The notes beneath the pieces were generated by a model, which worked only from the letters and a program-made list of their open reading frames with translations, made no database searches and was not told the origin of the DNA. Shown one piece after another: positions 39,894 to 54,887 of a stretch of DNA of 54,887 nt. The stretch comes from Catajapyx aquilonaris (taxonomy: Eukaryota). Positions within the stretch are counted from its first letter, which is position 1; each line of letters starts with the position of its first letter. The stretch covers positions 62,001-116,887 of the forward strand of contig KZ538141.1 in NCBI GenBank assembly GCA_000934665.2, given 5' to 3'. The translations under genes and the position numbers were made by a program.

Positions 39894-42800
39894 AGAATAT
39901 GATTTTAAAAATGTGATGTGGCTTTTCTCCTACTATATAGATGAAAGTAAAATTAACATGTTTTCATGACTTTTCGAGGGCATGCATGCTAAATACTTGC
40001 ATATAATTCTGATTTGTGCTGCAGCACGTTGCAAGGGTAACCAGTCTGTCACTTTTTTTTTGGTGCCTCCAATAGTATTGATACTTTCCATATGCAAATA
40101 TTTGGGAGAGTGGGAAAAGCACACACAAATTTCCGACTAATAATGAGGCGCTAGTAATCGTTGGCAGCACGGAATGTGTACTTCCTGCAGTGCTGGGCGA
40201 GGCACATATCAACTGCCCCTTTAAAAAAAAAAATAATAATCATCGAGCGACTTGGCATTAGATTCAAGCTTTTCTTTTGCAATATTTTTTGTATACAGAT
40301 ATCCCCCCACGAGCATGAACGCAACTACGCACAGTTGATGCGAGAGCACCAGGCGCTGCAGCGCACCTGCCAGCTCTTGCAAACCCGGGTCCAAATAAGC
40401 GATCAAAGCCAGCAAACAAGAGGAGACTCCGAGGAGGACACGACGATGTCTTCGGCAGCAGAAACAGACAGACTCAGAGAAGAGCTCAGGGAGTGTCGAG
40501 AGCAGAACGAGCTCCTCGAGTTCCGTCTCCTCGAGCTTGAAGGTGTGGGTGGGAACAACAACAATAGCAACAACAACAACAGCAGAGGAAGACCCGGAGG
40601 ATGGACCGTGGTCAGCAGCTGTAGCACCAGCAGCAGCTGCGACGGTCCCGACACCAAAGACGTTTGTACCGACACTGACAGCGACGACCTCTGGCCTCAC
40701 AGCGACGACGCCAGCGGTGATGAGAGTACGCTGCCAGATTATCTAGTAAGTATATCGGATCATTCTCTCAATCGGATGTTTGTCCGACCTGATAGTATCG
40801 CTATTGACCTGAAGGTGGCAGGAGTGTGCAGAGGGAGTATGCGCCATCTATGAGCAACGAATGGTACTATGTGGTAAATCGGCGGGGCATCTCATTAAAG
40901 TCGTTTGATTGTCGCTGTCATACTGGGTTTTGCCCAATTTTGGCAGTGGGTTCACTATAGTATGCTGCTAAAGACAAGGGGTAGAATTTTTGTCCCACTG
41001 CTAGATAACTTAGCCAGTACCAGTGTTGGCAATGGTACTGCTAAGTTAGCAGTAACTAGCACTGGGACGAAAATTCCACCCAGTAATAACGATGGCAGGT
41101 TCAAATGTGATTGTGATAATTCCAGAAACATTTTGAGCTGAAAAAGCTGGTGCAGGAGCTCAACACAACAATTCGGTGCATGGAGGAGGAAAATTTGAAG
41201 ATGAGAGAGGAGATGTCGAAGAGGAACCCGTCTCCGGACGAGGCGTCCATGATGTCCCTGGAGGAGGACGCGGAGGACGAGGACCAGCATCACCAGAAGC
41301 AGAAGAGGCCTCGGAGCAACCCGTCCGAGTGCGCCAGCTTCCAGGAGAGCGGCATCTTCGAAGAAGGAGAGCTCCTTGACCTTGTGTCGGTCGGGACGCA
41401 GACCTCGGAGGAGGAGGACAATGCGTCCGATGCTCATCTGACCGATCTCAGCCAGGAGATCGAGAAGCTGACCAGGTTCAAGGAGGAGGTGGAGAAGAGA
41501 GGAGGGGTCAACAGCGAAGAGCAGCAGCTGAGGGAGCAGCTGAAGGAGTGGAAGATGAAGGCCCAGAGGAGCCCCACCCAGGAGTGGATGGAGCGACGGA
41601 TCGCAGAGCTGGAGGAGAAGATGGCCAAGATGAAGGAGGAGAACGTGAGGCTGGAGGAAGAAAGATGCGAGCTGGAGGAGGCGGAGAACGACAACCGGTT
41701 GGACTGCCAGCGACTGACTGAGAAGCTGAGGCTGGCCCAGGAGAGGCGGATGTTCCTCCAGGAAGAGGTGCACGTCAGCCGAAGGGTCATCGACCAGCTT
41801 CGGAACCAGGTGATGAACCTGCAGGAGGCCAGCCGAACAGCCAAGTCGCACATCCTCTACATGGAAGGGGTCATCCAGAAGTACGAGGAGAGGAACTTTG
41901 AGGTGGAGGAAGCCGGAGTGGAGATGAAGTGCCGGATGCAGCTGCTGGAGCAGGCTCTTCCGGTGGTGGCACTATGGGTGCTGTGGTGCTACTTCAGCCC
42001 GAGGGACGACGCCAAGAAGGAAGACGGTCGTCGGGGTGGCAACAAGCGAGGGTGCTGCAACGAGGAGGAGCCGCATGCAAAGAGGAAGCGACTAGACAAC
42101 GCGGAGTCGGATTTGAAGCGAAAGGTGGAAGAGCTGGAATGCGACCTGGACAGATACCACGAGGTGTTCCAGGAGGAAAAGTCCAGGCTGGAAGTAGCCC
42201 TGTCCGAGAGCAGCTGCAGGGTGGATGAACTGACCAGACGCAACATGCGTCTCGAGTCTGACCTGGCCAACCTGAAGAGTACAAGGGAGGAGCCACGCAG
42301 CTTGCCCAGCGAGTCTGAACTCTCCAGACTGAAGCAGCAGCTGGTGGAGCTTGAGAAGAAGGAGAGTGCCTACCAGGAGACCATCCAGAGGGCGGATGAG
42401 ATAGTAGCTGAGGTCGAAGGTCGCTACCAGGCCGAAATATGCCGCCTTGAGGAACGTGAGGCGCACCTCAGAGACCAGGTGATGAGGGTTGAGGACAGCG
42501 AGAGGCGTCTTCGGCAGGCTCTCCAGCTGTGCGGCCGGACATCCGACCACCCCCAGCAGCTTCTGCAGAGACTGGCGGACAGTGAGACTGCCCTTCTGGA
42601 CCTGAAGGAGAAGCTCCACTACTCCGAGAAGCACGAGAAGGAACTTCACCTCCAGGTGATCGAGAGGGAAAGAGAGATCGAGCGGCTCAAGTCAGAGCTG
42701 GTGGAGCAGGAAGAGATGCTGGGGCGTCTCAGAGGACTGGAGAACGAGAACCAGAGCTTGGCATCGGAGCTGTGCGGACTCCAGGACATCCAGAGGCGAC

Positions 42801-44763
42801 TGGAGGAGAGCCATGCTGAGGAGGAGATGCTGAGGAACAGGGTCGAGGAGCTGGAGGTCACCGAGCACACGCTGAGAGAGACATTGAGCCAGGCTGACCA
42901 GCTGCTGAGCGGGCGAGAGAAGAAGCTGCGGTTCCTGGAGGAGGAACTAGGAGGAAGCAGGTCCATTGCAATGGAGCTGCAGTCGCAAAAGGAGCAAGGT
43001 GAGGCCAGGGAATCCCGTCTGAAGGAGGAGCTATCCAGAACAAAAGCCGGGATGGCCGAAATGGCCCAAGAAATTCGGGAGCAGAATGAGGGAGCGGATG
43101 AGAGCAAAACATATTTCAAGAACGAGGCAAGTTCAGTGTCAAATTTTATTGAAAAGTGCAAAAATTATGGTTCAAATTATTGCAGATGACTCGAATGCAA
43201 ACATTGCTGACGAAAGCTGGAGACGAAATGCGAGACCTGGAGGATGCAAATCAAACCCTACGCGAGGAGGTCGCCAAATTACAGGTCAGTACAATGAATT
43301 TGTTGCGATGGGGCGTATGACCTATAGTTTTCCTTCTGACAGGAGAGACTTCATAAGCTCCTGGAAGCCCTGGAGAAGGCGAAGCACGAGAGCGAGCAGA
43401 TGCTGATCAGGTTCAACCTTGACCTGGACACTAAGGAGCGTCAGTTGTCCCACTTGCTGGAGCAGGTGGAGGTGCTGAGCGAGTCCAGGGCGCGTCTGGA
43501 GCTGGACGTGCTCGCCCAGGAGGAAGAGGGGCTGCTTGGGGTCCTGGCTGAGGTTGGGGCCGCCCTCGGGTGCATCAGAGACTGCTGCCCCGAGGCCGCC
43601 CATAGGCTGCAAGACGCCCGCCAGCAGCTGCTGGACCTCTCAGAGATCGTGTACGGGAAGAAGGATGAGGAGTGCCCTTTGATTCCGGATGTGGATCCAG
43701 AGGTGCTGAGAAGGTGTGAGAGCGACGATGATCTGAAGCTGCCGGAGGAAGAGGACAAGGAGGAAGGAGGAGGCTCTTCGGATGAAGGTATCGACAGGGA
43801 GAGCGCTGAGGGTGACAGCCACGGACTGGATATGCTGGCAGAGAAGGAACGACTTCTCATGGAGAACGAGTCACTCCAGCAAGAACTGGAGGAGAAGGAC
43901 GAGGAGGTGGAAACAATGGTGCGTTCATGTGCATGCTGTAGCCTGTTTGCATGATTTTAACCGCATTGTGTGTGACTTGCATGCAAACAGAGTAAGGAGA
44001 TGGTGTCGCTGCGTCAGGCTGTGAACAACCTGAGCGCTCAGAACGTGGATCTTCAGGAGAGTCTGGAGCAGCTGAAGTGCACCTTCGAGTCCGGGGTTCG
44101 ATCCCAGTCGCAGAAGTGCAGGGGGAAGGACCTGATGATATCAATCCTGATTGAGAGGTTGCGCATGAGTGGTTCTGCTCAGATGAAGCATGTCGTTAGC
44201 GGGCTGAGAGATGCATGCCAGTTGGGGGCCATTGACGTCGAGGACTTTGGAGTCGAGGAGGTCATCTCCTATCTGACCCAGGGAAACTCGCAGGTGCCCC
44301 CGAATTAACTAGCATGCAGAGCAACATGACCAGCAGTGTCTTGTAATAATGAGGCTTTTTGTTCTGCACAGGAGATGAGGCATGCACATAGGAACTACAG
44401 GGAGAGGTCGCCGTTTGAATGGGCGTCGAAGGTGCCTAGTCCAAGCGACTTCCAGGTGGTGAAGAAGGTTGGCAGCGATGCTCTTCTGGTCAGCTGGGCA
44501 CCTTTGGATGCAGACGCCCACTCTATTGCAGCTTACGAGGTGCGGTTGACATGTTTTTCTTAAAGATTCGCATGGTCATTGACGACTCGCCAACATTTCA
44601 GATCTACCTGGACGGATCGTTCCACCAGAGGTTGAACAGCCCCACCCGTTGCAAGGCCCTAGTTCATGGACTTGACCTGGGGTCAAACCTGGTGCTGACC
44701 ATCCAGGCGGTGTCGTCTGACGGAGACACTTCCAAGCCCATCCCAGTCCTTTACTCGCCCTAG
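25278..44763 (+). CDS. JAKMIP-like long coiled-coil protein with C-terminal FN3-like domain (~1,614 aa); exons 25278-25472, 25923-26036, 28204-28341, 33954-34064, 36891-37037, 37664-37903, 39495-39638, 40299-40745, 41126-43126, 43186-43284, 43343-43918, 43991-44293, 44372-44539, 44602-44763
   Basis: All exons are multiples of 3 and join in one open frame. Recalled JAKMIP-like segments: DADRRKASDLRSCHEEHLNEMERTKRD..LESLKTKDRLIGHLQQEV, RRLSEVESGQAPLRHKSRHM and REQNELLEFRLLELE. The C-terminus PSPSDFQVVKKVGSDALLVSWAP...AYEIYLDG...LTIQAVSSDGDTSKP has an FN3 pattern. A single continuous transcript is inferred, not shown. Confidence 0.75.
39820..39893. repeat. (TAC)n microsatellite, ~24 units
   Basis: Perfect trinucleotide run inside a JAKMIP-like gene intron. 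Confidence 0.97.
40759..40851 (+). repeat. Dispersed ~90-bp repeat, copy 2
   Basis: Contains TCGGATGTTTGTCCGACCTG and CCTGAAGGTGGCAGGAGTGTGCAGAGGGAGTATGCGCCATCTAT, near-identical blocks to copy 1. Confidence 0.85.
40979..41080. repeat. Imperfect ~100-bp palindrome in a JAKMIP-like gene intron
   Basis: GGGTAGAATTTTTGTCCCACTGCTAG..TAACTTAGCCAGTACCA pairs with TGGTACTGCTAAGTTA..CTAGCACTGGGACGAAATTCCACCC. Confidence 0.75.
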
Positions 44764-45205
44764 AGCCAACTAGTCACCCACCCCCCATTTCTTCTAGTCA
44801 GAAACACTCGACAGCTCCAGTGAAAATGTAAAATGAACACATCAAACGTGGCTCGTCCTTCACAGGTTTTGTTTGTAGCAAGTGAGATGCGTGTCCTTGT
44901 TGTTTTTTTTATAATTATTTGAACGAGTGCTTTTTTTTATATAAACCTATTTTACTCTTGTGCTCCTGCATTGGTTACATTGCATTGTGCCATTCTTTGT
45001 TAAATATAGTTGGGTCTCAACAATCAGACAAATAGTTAAACTTGGACTTTATAGCAAATATGCCAAAAGTGAATTTTTAAAACTGACAAGATTGTACATA
45101 AAAAGAAACTGCAGTATCTTTGGTAACTTTCAATATTTGGAATGTAAAATGTGCAGTAAACCAGTGTTATCTGCTATTCACAATTTGTTTCAATTCCGTT
45201 TGCAT

Positions 45206-45362
45206 GGGCCAAAGGGTGGGTATAGGTGACCTCTGTGACCCCCCCCAGACATTGTATGTGCACTTCCTCAATCTTGTGTGCTGAGCTGACTGATAAGTGG
45301 AGTGCAAGATAGCTGCCCCCTTTGACCCCACCTTATCTGCGCTTCTACCTCGCGTATATAAA
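45206..45362 (+). promoter_or_regulatory. CYP proximal promoter: TATA box, three GATA sites, DR3 nuclear-receptor element, HNF4-like site
   Basis: TATATAAA 45355-45362; TGATAA 45291, AGATAG 45307, TTATCT 45333; TGACCT-ctg-TGACCC 45227-45241; GGGCCAAAGGGTG 45206-45218. Confidence 0.55.
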
Positions 45363-45392
45363 GGTACAGTCGTAGTTGCACCTAGAGCAGAC

Positions 45393-47135
45393 ATGTTGGT
45401 CGAAGTGTTCCTCTTCCTCGTGGTCGTTTTTTTGTGGGTGGTGGTGGTGAAGGAGGGTCGCCCGAAAGGCTTTCCTCCTGGACCCAAGGGCCTGCCCCTG
45501 GTCGGGTACATGCCCTTCCTGACCGCCCACCCGGCTCGCAAGTGCTTCCAGCTGTCCAAGAAGTACGGTGATGTGTTAGGGGTCACCATCGGGTCATACC
45601 ACGTCTTGGTGCTGAACAGCGAGAGTACAATCCGCGACGCCTTGAAGGAGATGTCCTTTGCTGGACGCCCCTACTTCCCGATGCTGAAGGAAAGGTCAGG
45701 TGGAAAGAAAAAGGGCGTCTTGATTGGGGCAGGTCCGGAGTGGCATGAGCAACGTAGGTTTGTGCTGAGGAACCTGAGAGACTTCGGGTTTGGCAAGAAG
45801 TCAATGGAGGACACCATACTGGACGAGGCCAACGAGCTGGTGTCAAGGTTCAGGTCACATTTTCTGAACAAACCAGTGGATCTCAGCATGAGCTTCAACG
45901 TGGCCGTGGTCAACTCTCTCTGGACAATGGTCGCAGGGGAGAGGATGGCGCAGGACGACCCAAGGATTCTTGGACTGGTGGATGGCCTTGTAGCGTGAGT
46001 ATCTTCAAGCGTTATGATAGGACCACTTGAGATGTCTATTACTAAAGCATGTAGTCTGACGTAATAGCGATTGCAGACGAATTAGTGCACTGCGGAAGGT
46101 CATTTCTCCAGCGCCAAGTTTGCTTAATTGCCTAAAATTTGTCATTAAGGAGATTCACTAATTTATTTTTTGAACTCAGGAGCTTCCGGAGCAACTTCCT
46201 GACTGGTCCAGGAATTTTTATGCCTTGGCTGGACGATTACTTCCCGTTCATTCTCAACTGGCTGGGAGGTCGAACAGAAGCTGCGCAGAACTTGAGAAGA
46301 TTACTGCCCTTCCTGAAGGAGGTGTTGGACCAGCATCGGGCCACCTATGACCCCAACTATGCCCGTGACCTGGTCGACATTTACTATCAGGAGATGGATT
46401 CATGCACTGATCCCAATTCCAGCTTCTATGGATCTGAAAATGGTATGCCTATCAGCGTAATGCACTTAACTAAAAATGATATTTACTCATAAATTCCCCA
46501 CCACAACAGTTGTGACGCTGAGGACAGTACTTCTTGACCTGTTCATTGCTGGTACTGAGACAACGAGCACGACTCTTCGCTGGGCCATACTGTACCTGCT
46601 GCGTAACCCTTCGGTACAAGAGAGTGTTCAATCTGAAATAGATCGTGTTGTGGGTCAGTCACGTCCTCCGTCGCTGCAAGACCGTCCGAACCTTCCGTAC
46701 ACTGAAGCCACCCTGATGGAGGTTCAACGCATCGCCACAATCCTTCCGTTCGCAGTGTTCCATGCGACAACAGAAGACGTCACCTTCCGAGGGTACCACA
46801 TCCCAAAGGACACCATGGTCCTTCCCAACCTGTACGCTGTGCTGAATAATCCGGAGCATTGGCCCGAACCAGAGAGGTTCAGACCGGAGAGGCACCTGTC
46901 TGAAGATGGCACGGTGAAGAGGGATCCCCACTTGATACCATTTTCGACTGGGAAACGCGTGTGTCTTGGAGAAACCCTGGCCAGAGACTCGCTCTTCCTC
47001 TTCTTCACCTCACTCTTGCAAAACTTCACCTTCATCACTGTGCCTGGCAAAGACGCACCACACCCAGAGGACTTGTTCAATGGGCTTGTGACCATGCCCA
47101 ATCCGTATGATGTCGTCATACGTGAAAGGCACTGA
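45393..47135 (+). CDS. Cytochrome P450, CYP2 clan (~496 aa); exons 45393-45994, 46180-46442, 46510-47135
   Basis: N-terminal TM anchor, PPGPKGLPLVG hinge, WHEQRRF..LRDFGFGK C-helix, DLFIAGTETTS I-helix, EVQR (ExxR), FRPERH and heme signature FSTGKRVCLG. Intron phases 2 and 1 are consistent. AATAAA at 47161. Confidence 0.96.
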
Positions 47136-48040
47136 TATATTTCTGCAATGGAAAAACATTAATAAATCACATTCGATATATTATGGTCTCGTGACAAAAA
47201 TATTCACATCACGCTGCTATTTCACCTGCTGATGAGTATACCACCGCATTCCCAAAATTGTCATGACTTGTAACACCAATAAAATCATCATGCCCTATAC
47301 TACAGGTTTTTCACGACGACCGCTGAAATTAATATTAATGTTGGGGGAATCCTACTATGTTCCTGGGTTACTGCCATATATGTTACTACTTCTAACAATG
47401 TGGTGGTGGCCGGGACAATCCATAGTTAACTTGCGCTGCATTATTGTAACGATGAGTTTATCCGCCAGCAACAGTATCCGTGGATCATAGTGTGCCATCC
47501 TGCGAGTGAGCTCGAGTAAAGGATGCACGGCAGCGCGAGACGTAAGAGTAAAGGAGGGAAGGGGCTTGGACTTGGCGGATGCACTGCCGTGCATCTTGAT
47601 CCCCATGTAGATGTTGAGGAACTATATGCTGCGAATGCCTCCTTATCAAGTTATCATGCAATACCATAAAAGCTATGTGTTGCGTCATGACTTACATTTG
47701 AATGTGCCGGACAGGAAGTGTATGGCCACCCTGTTTCGCAGACCACTACTAGAGGGATGGCTTGTGAATAAACAACCACTGTTTTATAGACAGCCTACGT
47801 GAGCCAGCCTATCCACTTTCCTCCACGACACGACCTCAACAAGATGTAATATTATCTATTCTGAAAAAAGTCCTTCCAAGCTTGGTTTCATGCTGGTAAA
47901 ATTATTGAAGAGACAGCAAATATATTCTGGAGTGCAAATTGCAGAAACTTTGCATTCGAATATTTCGGCCCCTGCCGTATGCATATTTGACAAATTTAAA
48001 TACTATATGGTTTGTTTTGAATTTCCCCTTTCTTTTATTA

Positions 48041-48043
<3 letters not shown>

Positions 48044-48118
<75 letters not shown>
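48044..48118. repeat. (TTA)n microsatellite, ~25 units
   Basis: Perfect run about 225 bp upstream of the FREP ATG. Confidence 0.97.
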
Positions 48119-48119
<1 letters not shown>

Positions 48120-48342
48120 GCCCCCATCATATGACCCATGACACATCCAGCCAACCGCGCCAATACTCATGTGAGCAAGGGAAGTTCAATGAGCATCCAT
48201 ATAATTCCCTAACCATAGCGGACGTGATATAATCGCCCTCTGCCTATAAGTGAGGTCACCAATGTCACTATTTAAGCAGTACGCCCCACAGGATTGAGGA
48301 GAAAGGAGTCGTCTGATTGAGTCAAGTGCAGCATCCTCCGAG

Positions 48343-53577
<5,235 letters not shown>

Positions 53578-54112
53578 AAAAAAGACCAAGGAATGACTCT
53601 TATTTGCACATGATGCCATCACCCTTCCACACTCACCATCCTTGACCGCACCATAATATTATTGTTATATCTTATATCGGGTTTGCATATCAGTGGGGTA
53701 GTTTCTTTTAAAGTAATAATGGCAATCTAATTAATTCAATTCAATGCCAATGCGAGTGATCAAGTACAACAACGCTAGTATTGTGTTTCTCTATTGTACG
53801 AGGGCAGGACTAAAATGATTTACAAATTATAGCCACATTATTATTGACAGAATACACAGGAGCCATGGGTGTGAAACCTCTCCGTGCTGCCCTCCAGGAA
53901 CCATTTTTTGGAGGTTCCGCCCCTGACAATTGCTTACAGTCAACATGTCCTCGAAATTGCATCAGAGAAGGAGTTTTCTTTCATGGATCTGAACAGGTGA
54001 AAGCCACTGGGAGCAGGTGTATAGAAGCACCTAAACCCATCAGATCCATGGAAAAAAAACCTTCTCCGACGCCATTTCGAGGAGACTGTTGACAGTTGTT
54101 GATTGTGCACAG

Positions 54113-54457
54113 TTGTCAAGATGTGGGTCTGTCGCACGCTTATTCCACTGGCTGCGGCTGATGAAGACAAGAAGGCGCAATGCCAATAAATTCGCTATGT
54201 TCATAACAGAAGCTATTGAGAAGCACAGAATGACCTACGACCCCAACCATTCGCGTGACCTGATTGACACGTATACCTGCCTGAAGCAAACCCTGGCCAG
54301 AGCATCGCTCTTCTCCATTTCACTTTTGCAGAACTTCACCTCCACTGCCTTTCCCGGTGAAGCAGCACCTGATCCACTCAACATCCACGTGGGGATTGTC
54401 ACCGTACCAAACTCATTCAACGATATTATTCCTGACCTCGTTAAGAGCGCGCTCTAG
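54113..54457 (+). pseudogene. Degenerate, internally deleted paralogue of the upstream CYP
   Basis: EAIEKHRMTYDPNHSRDLIDTY (cf. EVLDQHRATYDPNYARDLVDIY) is joined directly to CLKQTLARASLF..SLLQNFT..PGEAAPDP...GIVTVPNSFNDII (cf. CLGETLARDSLFLFFTSLLQNFT...). Nucleotide similarity to about 46340-46385 and 46960-47120 is visible. Confidence 0.85.
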
Positions 54458-54887
54458 GCTCCCACGTCCCATTGTTGCGGGTAGCCCGTCGCGGCCCGGC
54501 CCGTGAGTTTGACACTTCTTCCTCTCGCTGTCACGGTCGCAAATATAGAGGTATCGGCATGAAACTGGAGTATCTGGACGCGAAAGAGTTGCACTTTGAG
54601 ATGGTGCGTTTATTTTTCTCCTGGGGCGATATTTGCGGCCGCCGCGGCCACGCACAGTTTTTGATTTTGACCCGCAATCACTCCTTTCCATGTCGGTACC
54701 TACTTAAGGGGCCGTATTAGTAAAAAAATACGGTAACAATCGGTAACAATGCGAGCCCTTGGCGACTACGTAAACAAACTCGCGTTTGCATGGACAGCAT
54801 ATGGGGATTCGACATGTCCACGCATCGGCGGCCTTACGGCCACAAAAATGGTGCAATGGACACAGAAATTACACCAAACAATAGGAC

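Noticed and set aside
40955..43860. Multiple long minus-strand ORFs (Leu/Ser-rich)
   Set aside because: Reverse complements of the Glu/Gln/Lys-rich coiled-coil exons.
47890..48232. Poly-Ile and poly-Leu ORFs resembling membrane proteins
   Set aside because: Translation of the (TTA)n microsatellite.

Overview
Eukaryotic, intron-rich genomic DNA, most likely from an arthropod (GC-rich exons, many 55-90 nt introns, TE-littered intronic DNA). No prokaryotic system or CRISPR array is present. Six spliced protein-coding genes could be built by hand with consistent intron phases. (1) A minus-strand membrane-anchored protein with a DM4/DM12-like Cys-patterned C-terminus. (2) SMIM8 on the minus strand. 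(3) GTPBP2 on the plus strand. (4) A ~1,600-aa JAKMIP-like coiled-coil protein extended by a second long coiled coil and a C-terminal FN3-like domain. (5) A CYP2-clan cytochrome P450. (6) A secreted coiled-coil/FN3/fibrinogen-domain protein (FREP). The window also holds a tRNA-Gln(TTG) gene between the divergent SMIM8 and GTPBP2, an internally deleted mariner in a FREP intron, an internally deleted CYP paralogue, microsatellites and several hairpins. The most unusual points are the JAKMIP-coil-FN3 gene (all introns phase 0, one GC-AG intron, two candidate first exons), an inverted pair of ~90-bp repeats with CTCF-like motifs bracketing its JAKMIP-homologous half, frequent GTCAG splice donors, and a CYP promoter with a DR3 nuclear-receptor element. 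All models are manual and unconfirmed by transcript data.
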